A stretch of DNA of 64,000 nt from a bacterium (GCA_032250835.1 JAVVEA010000001.1:512001-576000), one strand, 5' to 3'; shown: positions 50,702 through 61,202, counted from the first letter of the stretch. Program-made: numbers and translations. The notes: generated by a model from the letters alone, not told the origin.

Positions 50702-52173
50702 TCAATCGGTCTTTAACGATCCTGGCGTTGGCGGTGCTGGGGTTGTTTTTTGCGGATCTGGAGATCTCGGCTTTAGAGCCCTGGACCGAATTGGGGAGAA
50801 TGCTTCAAGGGGCGCTTTCGCCCGACTTGCTGTCCCTAGAGGTGGTCGGTAGGGCCCTGTTTAACACCTTGGCCTTCGCTTTGGTGGGAACCTTCTTGGG
50901 CGGCTTGGCTGGCGGGCTGCTGGCCTTTTTCCACCACCTCAGGCTGGTTAGGTACAGTTGCGCCTTTGTCCGCTCGATCCACGAGTTATTTTGGGCCTTT
51001 TTACTGATGCCTATCTTGGGGCTCAATTCGGTCTGCGGTGTCTTGGCCATTGCGATTCCCTATGCGGGAATCTTTGCCAAGGTCTACGCCGAAATCTTAG
51101 AAGAAGCCGATCCTAGGCCCCTGCTGGCGATCCCAAAAGCAACCGACCCCTTAAGCCGCTTTTTCTACGGCTACTTGCCGGGCCTTTTTAAGGAACTCAA
51201 GCACTACACCAGCTACCGTTTTGAATGCGCTTTGCGCTCTAGTGCGATCTTGGGTTTTATTGGGCTGCCCACCTTGGGCTATCATCTGGAAACTTGGTTA
51301 CGGGAAGGGCAATATGGGCAGGCCTTTACGCTGATTTATATCTTTTATGGGTTGATCTTTTCGATCCGCGCCTGGGCCAGGCCCCGTTGGATACTCTTCT
51401 GGGTTGCGGGTGCTTTTTGGGGAATATCTAAGGAAATCTCTTTTTCGCTGGAAAACACCACCCGTTTTTTTAGTTATGAAATCCTTCCTTGGCCGGTCAG
51501 ACAAGGTGAAGGGATCGGCGAACTGGGTTCGTGGTTTTATCATTTACTGACCCACCAAGTCTTTGAAGGCACGCTGAATACCTTGATCCTCACCCAGGTT
51601 TCTTTGGCCCTATCGGGGATCTTGGCCCTTGGTTGGTTTCCGCTGGCCAGCAAAACCTTTGTCGGTCCCAGAGGTTGGTTCGGTGGGCATTTTGTCTTGG
51701 TGGTGCTGCGCAGCACCCCTGAATACCTGCTGGCCTATATCTGCATCCATCTGTTTGGCCCTTCGATGTTACCCGCGATCATCGCGCTTTCGGTCCATAA
51801 CGGCGGGATTCTAGCCCATCTTTCGTCGCTCAATGCGGACCAGATAAAACCGGACCTTTCAGGTGCGGCCAAGCCCGCCAACCGTTATTTTTATGAAGTA
51901 TTACCAAGAATCTACGGCCAATTCTTGGCCTTCTTGCTTTATCGGTGGGAGGTGATCTTCCGCGAATCAGCTATTTTAGGGATTTTAGGGGTGTACAGCC
52001 TCGGCTTTTTTATCGATAGCGCCATTGCCGCAGACCACCTGGACGAAGCCTTTGCCCTGATTGTTCTCAGTGGTTTGTTCAACATCCTGATTGACCGCGC
52101 CAGCCAGTTCTTCAGAAAAGGCTTTGCTCCCGGTGCAGGGATCAACCCGCCTCATTCTTTGGCTCTAGACTAG
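50698..52173 (+). CDS. PhnE/PtxC-like ABC permease with duplicated domain
   Basis: Two halves: YRFECALRSSAILGFIG and YRWEVIFRESAILGILG. Confidence 0.9.
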   Translation: MINRSLTILALAVLGLFFADLEISALEPWTELGRMLQGALSPDLLSLEVVGRALFNTLAFALVGTFLGGLAGGLLAFFHHLRLVRYSCAFVRSIHELFWAFLLMPILGLNSVCGVLAIAIPYAGIFAKVYAEILEEADPRPLLAIPKATDPLSRFFYGYLPGLFKELKHYTSYRFECALRSSAILGFIGLPTLGYHLETWLREGQYGQAFTLIYIFYGLIFSIRAWARPRWILFWVAGAFWGISKEISFSLENTTRFFSYEILPWPVRQGEGIGELGSWFYHLLTHQVFEGTLNTLILTQVSLALSGILALGWFPLASKTFVGPRGWFGGHFVLVVLRSTPEYLLAYICIHLFGPSMLPAIIALSVHNGGILAHLSSLNADQIKPDLSGAAKPANRYFYEVLPRIYGQFLAFLLYRWEVIFRESAILGILGVYSLGFFIDSAIAADHLDEAFALIVLSGLFNILIDRASQFFRKGFAPGAGINPPHSLALD

Positions 52174-52330
52174 AACAATAAATCCAGAGGGCAGCCATGC
52201 TACCTAGACCGGGACTCGGTTTTTTGGCACTTCTTTTGAAGCTTAGGAGCTAAAAAAGCCACCGGAATGCGGCTCGCTGGTTTTTCAAGGAAATCCAGCC
52301 CGCCCAGTACTAACTAAAGGTAATGATTTT

Positions 52331-53686
52331 ATGAACAAACTGCTCGATTGGTCTGGTTATCGCGACCGGGGCCTGGGTGATGCTTACGCCGACATCCCGA
52401 ATCATGGCGAGGATTTTGCCAAGGCTATTTCTGTCTGTATTCGTAGCGGAAATTGTCAGAAAACTGACAATCGTGGCGTCATGTGTCCTAGTTTTAAAGT
52501 CAGCCAAGCGCCTAATTTCTCCCCCGGCGGGCGCGTGCTGCTCTTTAAAAAACTCCTGAACCAAGACGATATTTCCTTTTTGCGCGATGAGGCGCTGGCC
52601 GAATCGTTGGCCCAATGCGTATCCTGTAAGGGCTGCAAACGAGACTGCGAAAACGGCCTGGATATGGCGGCCATCAAGGTGGAATACTTGGCCCAGCGTC
52701 ACCAAGCCGGGCTCGCGCCAAAGCGCAACCAACTCTTTGCCGAGTTTCCCTTTCTCCTGTACCGCTTTGGGGCCCTAAAACCGCTGATCAAATGGCGCAA
52801 CCGTAGCACCTGGCTAAAAAGCCTCGGCGAGAAGTTTTTAGGGATCAACGCCCAAATGCCGCTCCCCGAACCCGCCGCCGAGCGTTACCAGGGCCCCAAA
52901 GACCCGGTCTTGGCGGCCCAAAGTTCAGACCCCAACTGGTCGGTGGTTTTGCTGGTAGACAGCCTCACCGCTATGTTCGCGCCCGAAGCGGCCCGAGACG
53001 CCGAGAAGCTCTTGCGGGCGGCAGGTTATCAAGTAACGGTTTTACATCCCCAGTCCGACCCCCGCAACGGCCTGTTAGACAGCGGGCGTTCTTTGTTTTC
53101 ACAGGGCTTTATCGAGCGCGCCAAAGAACAGGCGCAACAGCTGTTGGGCCTACTGACCCCTTTTGTAGAAGCCGGGCACCGCATCATTGGCTTAGAACCT
53201 TCCACCCACCTGATGCTCCGCGACGAGTTTCTGGTGTTAGGCCTAGGCGAGCCCGCGCAAGCCTTGGCGGCTCAGACCCTGTTGCTAGAAGAATTCATTG
53301 CCAAAGAACTGGCGGCCAAGCGCTTCCAGGCCCAATTTAAAGCCTACCAGGGCCCCAGCCCGGTGCTGGTGCATGGCCACTGCCACCAAAAGGCCGTAGG
53401 GGCCATGAAGGCGATGCGCAAAGTCGTCAAACTGATCGACGAACTGCCCTACCAATATATGGCCGTTTCCTGCTGCGGGATGGCGGGTAGCTATGGGATG
53501 GAAGCCGAAAATGCGGCCCAATCAAAGGCCATGGCCCAACTGGAATTGCTGCCTAGCTTAGACGCAGAGCCCCAAGGGCTGGTGCTTAGCAATGGGTTCT
53601 CCTGCAACCAGCAGATCCTTGGGCTGCGCGGCCGCAAAGCGGTCCATCTGGCAACGTTGTTGTGTGATCATTTAAAGACGGACTGA
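52331..53686 (+). CDS. Fe-S oxidoreductase (4Fe-4S plus CCG domains, GlcF/YdiJ C-terminal-like), no FAD domain
   Basis: CIRSGNC...MCPS, CVSCKGCKRDC, HGHCHQ, CCGMAG, GFSC. Confidence 0.85.
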   Translation: MNKLLDWSGYRDRGLGDAYADIPNHGEDFAKAISVCIRSGNCQKTDNRGVMCPSFKVSQAPNFSPGGRVLLFKKLLNQDDISFLRDEALAESLAQCVSCKGCKRDCENGLDMAAIKVEYLAQRHQAGLAPKRNQLFAEFPFLLYRFGALKPLIKWRNRSTWLKSLGEKFLGINAQMPLPEPAAERYQGPKDPVLAAQSSDPNWSVVLLVDSLTAMFAPEAARDAEKLLRAAGYQVTVLHPQSDPRNGLLDSGRSLFSQGFIERAKEQAQQLLGLLTPFVEAGHRIIGLEPSTHLMLRDEFLVLGLGEPAQALAAQTLLLEEFIAKELAAKRFQAQFKAYQGPSPVLVHGHCHQKAVGAMKAMRKVVKLIDELPYQYMAVSCCGMAGSYGMEAENAAQSKAMAQLELLPSLDAEPQGLVLSNGFSCNQQILGLRGRKAVHLATLLCDHLKTD

Positions 53687-53795
53687 GCCCGACGCTGGGC
53701 TGGGAAGAAACGCCTTGGGCAGGAGGGGGCTTCGGGCCTTGGCAAAGCGGCCTGAGTGACTTAAACTGAAGACCAACCCAAACCAGGAAAAGAGC

Positions 53796-54134
53796 ATGAA
53801 AATCGAATGGTATTACCACCGCAACGGTTGAGTCTCCTGCGGTAAAGCCCAAGAGGTTCTTGGGGAAAAAGGCGTCGAAGTGGTAGAACAAATCGACGCG
53901 AGAAAACTGAAGATAGATGACGAACAGGCCTGGGAACGCCTCAGCCAAGCCAGCCGCGTGGTCATCGCCCAAGGTAAGGCGTTATTGGAGTTTGTCCCTT
54001 CGGCGGACACCCAGGATGACATCCTGCAAAAGGCCATGGGCCGTAGCGGCAACCTACGGGCCCCGACGATGCTGATCGAAGGGACCTACTACGTGGGCTA
54101 CAATCAAGGGCTCTACCAAGAGCTTTTTGGCTGA
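53796..54134 (+). CDS. ArsC/Spx-like thioredoxin-fold selenoprotein (UxxC)
   Basis: AGGA RBS and ATG 53796 give MKIEWYYHRNG-U(TGA 53829)-VSCGKA..., in frame with the ORF at 53880; GRSGNLRAPT...VGYN ArsC-like C-terminus. Confidence 0.88.
53848..53864 (+). promoter_or_regulatory. Bacterial SECIS-like hairpin
   Basis: CCCAAGA-GGT-TCTTGGG starting 16 nt after the in-frame UGA, with a G-containing apical loop. Confidence 0.7.
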
Positions 54135-54456
54135 TCCTTAACACCTCACGAAGCGGCTTAGGTTGGCGCGCCCGCTTAAGCGCCGCAAAGTCCCAGGCCG
54201 GGTAGAACGCCTCAAGTTCTACCCCCACCTCCACCTGATACCACCACCTCTGTTTTGCGCCAGCCTTGGCTTCACCGATTCCAACAAATCCCCTCCAACC
54301 GAACGGTTAAGCGGAGTAATCTATATTGATTTTAACGCTTAAGACATAGAACACAAATTTAATTGCTGATGATTCATGTATTTTGTATAATTTGATGGCC
54401 TCTCCAAAGTAAAAGGAGCTGGAAACTGACGAGGTACTGCTACTTATAGAGGAAAG

Positions 54457-56412
54457 ATGCAAAAGCTGTGGATGGTTATGCTAGTGGCCCTTTTGGTGGT
54501 TATTGGCTGTAAAAAAAATGAAGAAAATCAGACCGTGGTAATCAGCGGTACACCAACCGTATCTTCGGTCAGCCCTGCGGATGGTTCTGCTAGTGTGGCC
54601 ACCTCCGGCTCTCTGGAAGTCACCTTCTCTGCGGCCATGTCATCAGGCAGCTTAAATACTAACGAGTCAGGAAGCTCTTGTAGCGGGAGTATCCAGCTCA
54701 GCGCCGATAGTTTCGCCACCTGCGCCACCTTGGCGCCCCCCAGTTTAGACAGCACCGGCAAAGTAGCAACGGTCACTTATTCAGGTCTCACCAGCGCAAC
54801 GACCTACCAAGCAAAGATCACCACCGCGGCCACCGCTTCGGGAGGTTCAGCCTTGGCCTCAACCTACTCCTGGTCTTTTGTCACCGCCTCAAGCAGTACC
54901 GACAGCACCGCCCCGGCCAGTGCCGCCCTTTCAATTGAGGGCGGTGCCAGCGCGACCACTTCGACTACTGTCACCGTAACCCTCTCGGCCACGGATGCGA
55001 CGGGCGTGACGGGCTATTACCTCTCTAGTAGCTCCAGCACCCCCTCGGCTTCGGCTAGTGGTTGGATCAGCCTAACCGCCGCGACCAGCCTTTCGACTTC
55101 GGCCTCTTATAGCTTAAGCAACACCGAGGGAACCCAAACCCTTTACGCATGGTTTAAAGACGCCGCTGGGAACCTTTCTTCCGCGGCTAGCGACAGCATT
55201 TTATTCACCAGCACTTGGACCAAACAACCGGGCAACGCGAGCGCCCAAGACGGCAATGCCCTTACCCTTGATGCGGATGGCAACGTGATCGTCGTGGGGG
55301 CAACTTCAGGTAGCTTAGATGGCGCAGCCAGTTCCGGCGGCTACGATGCCTTCATCACCAAATACAACGCCGCCGGCACCTGGCAATGGACCACCCAGGT
55401 GGGCTCTATCGGCAGTGAGGCGGCGACGGCAGTAGCCACCGATAGCTCGGGAAATATCTATTGGGTTGGCACAACCGATAACTCCGTTTCGCCCAACACC
55501 AGCTCAGGTGGAATTGACGTCTTAGTAGGAAAAATTGATGCCTCTGGCACTCAGGTGTGGTTGGCGCAACCGGGAACTTCGGGCTCAGACTACGCCACGG
55601 GTATAAAGGTCTCTTCGGCAGGGGACCTGTACATTACCGGCTACTCTACTGGCTCGTTCAGCGGCAGCAACCCCGGCGGTACGGACCTTTGGTTTGCCAA
55701 GCTAAACAGTTCTAGTGCGCTCCAATGGATAACCCAAAGAAACCAGACTGGTAACCAACTGTCCTATGGGATCGTGCTCGATTCAAGCGGCAACATTTAT
55801 ATCGGGGGTGATACAGACACGGCTATGGACGGCCTAGCTTACATGGGCGGAACCTATGATGCCTTTGTTTCTAAGTTCGATACCTCGGGCAGTTGGGTTT
55901 GGACCAGTGCCTTTGGTAGCGCCACCGAAGACCATGTAAAACAAATCGCCATTGACTCGTCGGACAACCTCTACCTTAGTGGCAGCACCGATGGTAACTG
56001 GGACGGCGAATCTGCCCATGGCGGAATGGACCTGCACTTGACCAAATATAACTCATCGGGCGCTCGGCAGTGGACCCGTATCCGGGGTACCAACCTGACT
56101 GAAGAGGGCCGAAGCCTAGCGATTGCCAACAACAAAATCTATCTCTTCGGCACCACCCAGGGGAGCTTAGACGGCAACAGCCTAACCGGGACCACCGACG
56201 TGGCACTTTTGGAATTTAGTTCCGATGGGACTTGGAACTGGACCAAACAACTGGGAAATTCCGCTGCGGCGTTGACCGCCTACGGATTGGCACCAAGTAA
56301 AAATGGCGACCTCAACATCACCGGCTCGACCACCGGAGCTTTCTCGGGCTTCAGCCAACAGGGGGTTCGGGACGTATATTTGATCAAAAACCCTTCAGGC
56401 TATCTCCCTTAG
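54457..56412 (+). CDS. Surface lipoprotein with Ig-like domains and SBBP beta-propeller repeats
   Basis: Lipobox VIGC; Big_5-like domain; repeated D..GNIY..G.T.G.L.G...G..DAF..K...G...W. Confidence 0.85.
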   Translation: MQKLWMVMLVALLVVIGCKKNEENQTVVISGTPTVSSVSPADGSASVATSGSLEVTFSAAMSSGSLNTNESGSSCSGSIQLSADSFATCATLAPPSLDSTGKVATVTYSGLTSATTYQAKITTAATASGGSALASTYSWSFVTASSSTDSTAPASAALSIEGGASATTSTTVTVTLSATDATGVTGYYLSSSSSTPSASASGWISLTAATSLSTSASYSLSNTEGTQTLYAWFKDAAGNLSSAASDSILFTSTWTKQPGNASAQDGNALTLDADGNVIVVGATSGSLDGAASSGGYDAFITKYNAAGTWQWTTQVGSIGSEAATAVATDSSGNIYWVGTTDNSVSPNTSSGGIDVLVGKIDASGTQVWLAQPGTSGSDYATGIKVSSAGDLYITGYSTGSFSGSNPGGTDLWFAKLNSSSALQWITQRNQTGNQLSYGIVLDSSGNIYIGGDTDTAMDGLAYMGGTYDAFVSKFDTSGSWVWTSAFGSATEDHVKQIAIDSSDNLYLSGSTDGNWDGESAHGGMDLHLTKYNSSGARQWTRIRGTNLTEEGRSLAIANNKIYLFGTTQGSLDGNSLTGTTDVALLEFSSDGTWNWTKQLGNSAAALTAYGLAPSKNGDLNITGSTTGAFSGFSQQGVRDVYLIKNPSGYLP

Positions 56413-56879
56413 CGTTGTCGGGCCAGACACATTGAACCTGGTTTTTGTCAGGCTAGCTTAGATCTTGCTGGTGCTGGGGTTGATCAGTGCAAGGCGCTTC
56501 GACTTTAAGTTCCCTGAATTTGCCGCTTTTAGGGTTCCACCTTGCATTCCGTCGACCACCCCAGCCCTGCTGTTCCCTGGCAAATCGGTCGCAACAAATC
56601 CCCCCTAGCCCTTTTCGCACCCAGAGGCTCCTACAGTTGGGTTGTAATCTCAAATTGTCTATACCCTCCTCTGCAAGTCTAGATTGGATTTAATTTACCC
56701 AATAAAATCAAGCAAACCTGATCTACAAAGCTACCCTCTCTAAATGCCTTGAATTTTTCGGGTAGTTTGCGAGGGGAACTTGATGTTACCATGAAAATAA
56801 GATTCACTGTTTTGGGCTGTCTAGCGGCATATGCCCTTGGGACTACAGCCTAAGAAACACTACCAGCAATAGGAACCCT

Positions 56880-58595
56880 ATGAAAACTTGGTCGATTCGA
56901 GGCAAAATTGTGGTCGGCTTCGCTTTCACCTTGGTGATGCTCGCGACAATCAGCGGGTTTGCCTACTATAGCACCGCCAGTTTGATCCAAGCGGCGGGGT
57001 GGGTTTCGCACACCCGGGACGTGATGGGTAAGTTAGATTCCTTATTGTCCCTGCTCAAAGACACCGAAACGGGACAGCGGGGCTACTTGATCACTGGCCG
57101 CGATAACTACCTGACCCCTTACATTGAAGGCAAAAAGCAACTGGTAGTAGCGCTGGATGAGATCCAAACACTGACCTCGGACAACCCGAGACAACAAGAG
57201 CGGATCAAGCGGCTGCGCCCCTTGATCGACGCTAAAATGGCCGAACTCAAAGAGACTATCGACCTACGGCGCGACCAAGGATTTAACGAGGCGCTAGAGG
57301 TGGTCCTGACCGATCAGGGCAAGGAGATCATGGACAATATCCGCAAGGTGTACGAGGAAATGTATAACGAGGAAAACACCCTGCTAAAAACCAGAGAGGC
57401 AGAAGCCCATTCAACAGCTCAGACTATAGTGGTCACCAGTTTCTTGGTGTCCTTTGTGTTGGTGGTGTGGATCGCTTTTTGGCTGGTGAAAAATATCAAC
57501 GGCATTCTTTCGGCCGTGATGGAAGACATGGCCATTACCTCCGACCAACTAGACACCGCCTCTCGCAGCTTGTCCCAAAGCGCCCAACAACTCTCCTCCG
57601 GGGCCACCGAACAGGCGGCTAGTTTAGAACAGACCTCGGCGGCGATGGAAGAGATGTCTTCACAGGCCAAAGAAAACGCGGCCAGAGCGGACACCTCTGC
57701 TTCGGCTATGAAGGATGTGGCTCGTTTGGTCGGCGACTCAGTTTCTGGGGCCAAGGAAGCGGCTATGCTTTCGGACCAAGCCAAAGACTCGGCTGAAAAG
57801 GGAAGCCAGTCGATGAAAGAAATCGCTTTCGCCATGACGGAGATCAGCAAAGGCAGTGAAGAGATTGCCGACATCATTGAGGTGATCAATGAAATCACCC
57901 ACCAGACTAAGATGCTGGCCACCAACGCCGCCATCGAGGCAGCCCGCGCCGGGGAACAGGGCAAAGGCTTCGCGGTGGTAGCCGACGAGGTTTCCAAGCT
58001 GGCTGAAAGCTCAAAGAGCGCCGCCAAGGACATCGCGCACCTCATCAAAGACTCGGTACAAAAGGCTAAAAATGGCAGCGACTTAGCAGCCAATGGAGAA
58101 GATTCCTTAAAAGAAATTTTGGAACAATCCATTAAAGTCGCGGACCTGATCCAACAGATTTCGTCCGGTTCGGCGCAGCAAGCCCAGAAGGTCGCAGCAG
58201 TAGCCGAAATGATGGACGCCATCACCAACGCTTCAAACGAACAAGCCAAAGGAGTAGAGCAGGTCACCCATGCCATGGTTCAAATGGACCAGTTGACCCA
58301 GGCCAATGCCGCCAACGCTGAAGAAACCGCGGCTTCTTCCGAAGACCTGATGGCTCAGTCTTCGAGCTTACAGCGGGTGGTAGCCGACCTTTCCCTCCAC
58401 GCGGGCCACGAGGCAAGTCGCTCACCCCAGCCGGGCTATGCGGGCCCGATGACCGGACCGGCCCGAGTCCAGAAGATTGAAAATCAGCCCCGTGGCTCCG
58501 CAACAGCCGCCTCGACCCCAAAAAGTGGGGCGAAAGGCCAGCTACGCAAGCCTTCCGAACAGATACCACACCATGGTGACTTTGAGGATTTTTAA
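56880..58595 (+). CDS. Methyl-accepting chemotaxis protein with CHASE3 sensor
   Basis: [18 protein letters not shown]...[49 protein letters not shown]. Confidence 0.93.
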   Translation: MKTWSIRGKIVVGFAFTLVMLATISGFAYYSTASLIQAAGWVSHTRDVMGKLDSLLSLLKDTETGQRGYLITGRDNYLTPYIEGKKQLVVALDEIQTLTSDNPRQQERIKRLRPLIDAKMAELKETIDLRRDQGFNEALEVVLTDQGKEIMDNIRKVYEEMYNEENTLLKTREAEAHSTAQTIVVTSFLVSFVLVVWIAFWLVKNINGILSAVMEDMAITSDQLDTASRSLSQSAQQLSSGATEQAASLEQTSAAMEEMSSQAKENAARADTSASAMKDVARLVGDSVSGAKEAAMLSDQAKDSAEKGSQSMKEIAFAMTEISKGSEEIADIIEVINEITHQTKMLATNAAIEAARAGEQGKGFAVVADEVSKLAESSKSAAKDIAHLIKDSVQKAKNGSDLAANGEDSLKEILEQSIKVADLIQQISSGSAQQAQKVAAVAEMMDAITNASNEQAKGVEQVTHAMVQMDQLTQANAANAEETAASSEDLMAQSSSLQRVVADLSLHAGHEASRSPQPGYAGPMTGPARVQKIENQPRGSATAASTPKSGAKGQLRKPSEQIPHHGDFEDF

Positions 58596-58679
58596 GCTGG
58601 AATAAAACTGCTTTGGTGAGAAGCTCTAAAGGGTTACCGCTGGGGGCCTTCGACTAGAGAATATGGAAGGCTCTCCGAA

Positions 58680-60572
58680 TTATGGCCGCAGCCGCAAAGA
58701 AACCAGGGCGGTTTTTAGGGCTTCGGGGTCTAGGGGTTTGTTTAAAAAACCGTCAAAAGGATCGCTCAAAGAGCGCGCGTCCAGTTCCATTTTACTGTAG
58801 GCCGTCAGGGCAAAAATCAGTAACGGGTCCTTTGCCGGGGTCTGGCTGCGGATCTTTTGGGCCGCCTGGGCCCCGTCGTATCCCGGCAAGTCTATGTCCA
58901 TCAAGATCAGGTCGGGGCCAAGTCGTTGCGCCATTTCCAACGCCCCAGGACCGCTAGTGGCGATGCCCAAAAGCCGGTAAGATTCCAAGGCCTTCTTAGT
59001 GCTTTCTTGATGGATCGGGTTGTCTTCCACAACCAATATCTTCAGGTCCGCCAGCCAAGCGTCGGTATTTATCTCATGGGTTTTGGGGGCCTCGCCCTTG
59101 GGCAGGGTGAAGTAAAACCGGGTGCCTTGGCCCGGTTCGGATTTTACTCCCAGCTGACCGCCGTTGCGCGTCACAAACTCGCGGCAAAGCACCAAACCCA
59201 AACCAGACCCCACTTCGCCATCGGTACCCGGCTCAGAGTGCGCTTTACCTAGCGCAAAGAGGTTGCCCTGCTGCTCGGGAGTCAGGCCTCGGCCCGTATC
59301 GGTTACCGAGAGTTCCCAGTAATCCCCTAGGTCCGCTTGCGTGAGGCTAACGCGCCCGCCGTTAGGGGTGAACTTGATGGCGTTGTTTAATAAATTGCGT
59401 AGCGCCGTGTTGAGCATACCCAGATCACCGAAGGCGAAGGTATTGCGCATCAATTGAGCGTTCAATTCAATCCCCTTGTGCCGGGCCTGCACTTCTGCAA
59501 TAGCCAAGGCTTGAGAGCACATGTGTTCCAAGTCAAAGGCTAAGGGCCTGCATTCAAGTTGCCCCTGTTGGCTGCGGGCCCAAGAAAGTAGGTTTTCTAA
59601 TAAGTGATAGGTGCTCTTGGTGGTTTTTTTGATGGTTTCAAACATGTCTGCGGGAATCACTTCGCCTCCAGACAAAATTTCGTTAAACATAATCGAAAGG
59701 CTTCCGATGGGCCCGCGCAGATCGTGACTGATCAGGGAAAAAAATTTGTCTTTGGTTTGGTTGGCAAGCTCCAATCGTTCCTGCAACTCTACGAGAGAGG
59801 TCACGTCCGTCGAGATACCGACCAAGGCACTCACTCTGCCTTCTTGGATCAAAGGGATTTTAATGGACCAATAATGCCGCAGTTCCCCAGAGGCATCCAC
59901 AAAGGTTTCCTCACCAGCGGCCTTTTTCGCTGAACTCAGAACTTTTTGGTCCATCTGAGCAAAATGTTCGGCCTCTTCTACGGACATCAGGTCGCTATCT
60001 GATTTCCCGACGATCTCCTCTTGAGAGCAGCCGTAAAGCTGCGCTGTTAAATCATTAACATACAAATACCGCCCGGTCGCATCTTTCATGTAAACATGGG
60101 CTTCGATATTGTTTAAGATGCTGTCTAAAAGCTGCTTCTGTTCTTGAACCTTTCGTTGCAATTTGAGGCGCTCAGTGATGTCCGTCGAAATACCACACAT
60201 TCCCGTTATTTTCCCTTGTTCGTCAAAGAAAGGAACTTTAACAGACCAATAGGTACGCCTTTCTCCTGTGGTAGCGATAACGTTCGTTTCCTCTGTTTCC
60301 AGGCTTTCGCCTCTGTCTAAAACCAACCGGTCATTTTTGCGCAGTTCATCGGAAACCTCTAGATCAAAAAACTGCTCATCCTTTTTGCCGATCACCTCTT
60401 CTAAAGGAGCGCCAAAGAGGTCGCAGACCATCTTGTTAGCATAGCTGTAGCGCCCTTCTCGGTCCTTGGTAAAAACATAGGCCCCCACATGGTCCAGCGT
60501 CGTTTGCAGCTGAAGATTCAACGCCTTCAACTGCTTGATTTCTTGCTGCGCGTCGGTCAATTTATCGTTCAT
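58680..60572 (-). CDS. PAS-PAS hybrid sensor histidine kinase/response regulator
   Basis: Two PAS/PAC domains, SHDLRGP, NAIKFT, DTGRG, GSGLGL, REC domain (VEDN, MDIDLP, KP). Confidence 0.93.
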   Translation of the reverse strand: MNDKLTDAQQEIKQLKALNLQLQTTLDHVGAYVFTKDREGRYSYANKMVCDLFGAPLEEVIGKKDEQFFDLEVSDELRKNDRLVLDRGESLETEETNVIATTGERRTYWSVKVPFFDEQGKITGMCGISTDITERLKLQRKVQEQKQLLDSILNNIEAHVYMKDATGRYLYVNDLTAQLYGCSQEEIVGKSDSDLMSVEEAEHFAQMDQKVLSSAKKAAGEETFVDASGELRHYWSIKIPLIQEGRVSALVGISTDVTSLVELQERLELANQTKDKFFSLISHDLRGPIGSLSIMFNEILSGGEVIPADMFETIKKTTKSTYHLLENLLSWARSQQGQLECRPLAFDLEHMCSQALAIAEVQARHKGIELNAQLMRNTFAFGDLGMLNTALRNLLNNAIKFTPNGGRVSLTQADLGDYWELSVTDTGRGLTPEQQGNLFALGKAHSEPGTDGEVGSGLGLVLCREFVTRNGGQLGVKSEPGQGTRFYFTLPKGEAPKTHEINTDAWLADLKILVVEDNPIHQESTKKALESYRLLGIATSGPGALEMAQRLGPDLILMDIDLPGYDGAQAAQKIRSQTPAKDPLLIFALTAYSKMELDARSLSDPFDGFLNKPLDPEALKTALVSLRLRP

Positions 60573-60914
60573 GTAAATTCAAGTGGGTTTTGGCAATCTA
60601 GGCAAGTTACTTTGGCTACCTTAACATCCCCCCAAAAAATGCTAAGTCCCGGCAGGCTGAGAAACTCTTTGCGGATAGAGATTACCACTTTTATAGCACC
60701 TACAAAAGCCCAAACCTTTAGTTAGACGACTTTGATGAAAGATTTCACCGCCACCGAAACCGAGACCTTTGGGATCGCCTGAGGTAAACTAGCTTGCCAA
60801 AAGGGGTTTAATTCTGGGTTCGAGTTGATTCGGAGAGTGGGCTCAGCTAACATCAACCGTAAGTCCTTAGAAACAGGGCCCACCCTTACCCCTTGAGACA
60901 GCCAGACAAAATCT

Positions 60915-61202
60915 ATGCGAAAACTTCGATACTTAGGCGAGCCCTCTAACTTTGTGGCCCAGTTGATCGAAACCAACCACCGCGATTCGGCCAGCTTGAT
61001 CCGCGAAACCCTGCTTGAGGTCTGCCGCGCCGGCAAGATCCATTCGGCGGTACAAAAGGCGGGGGACAAAGAGAATATGTACCGGGTCCGCTCGCTGCCC
61101 GGCGATTCGGACGGTTTGCTGCACCCGGGCTACGAAGCCATCTTTTTACTGCTCGAACAAGCGGTCTTGGTGCTCGAAATCCGGCCTCTTTCGCTGGACT
61201 GA
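60915..61202 (+). CDS. Small hypothetical protein, possibly RelE/ParE-like fold
   Basis: 95 aa with MYRVR...GYEAIF...VLVLEI pattern. Confidence 0.4.
   Translation: MRKLRYLGEPSNFVAQLIETNHRDSASLIRETLLEVCRAGKIHSAVQKAGDKENMYRVRSLPGDSDGLLHPGYEAIFLLLEQAVLVLEIRPLSLD

Noticed and set aside
52197-52253. Tiny ORF MLPRPGLGFLALLLKLRS between the permease and the Fe-S gene
   Set aside because: Too short to support; it could be a remnant but there is no evidence.
54216-54235. Possible attR copy of the ssrA 3' end (CACCTCCACC)
   Set aside because: Only 10 bp identical; the adjacent GTTCTACC belongs to a local hairpin; the intervening DNA is mostly host-like. No convincing attR was found in the window.
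54390-54440. Fluoride-riboswitch-like pattern (GATGGCCTC...CTGACGAGGT) or hammerhead-like CTGACGA
   Set aside because: The pseudoknot could pair, but P1/P3 are weak, conserved 3' residues are absent, and the downstream gene is unrelated. Hammerhead stems are missing.
56705-56775. Possible c-di-GMP riboswitch upstream of the CHASE3 chemoreceptor
   Set aside because: GCAAAC and one stem are present, but the GNRA tetraloop/receptor and second conserved hairpin are not.
60735-60896. ORF with in-frame TGA (MKDFTATETETFGIA*GKLAC...) as a second selenoprotein
   Set aside because: No RBS, no recognisable redox motif and no clear SECIS.
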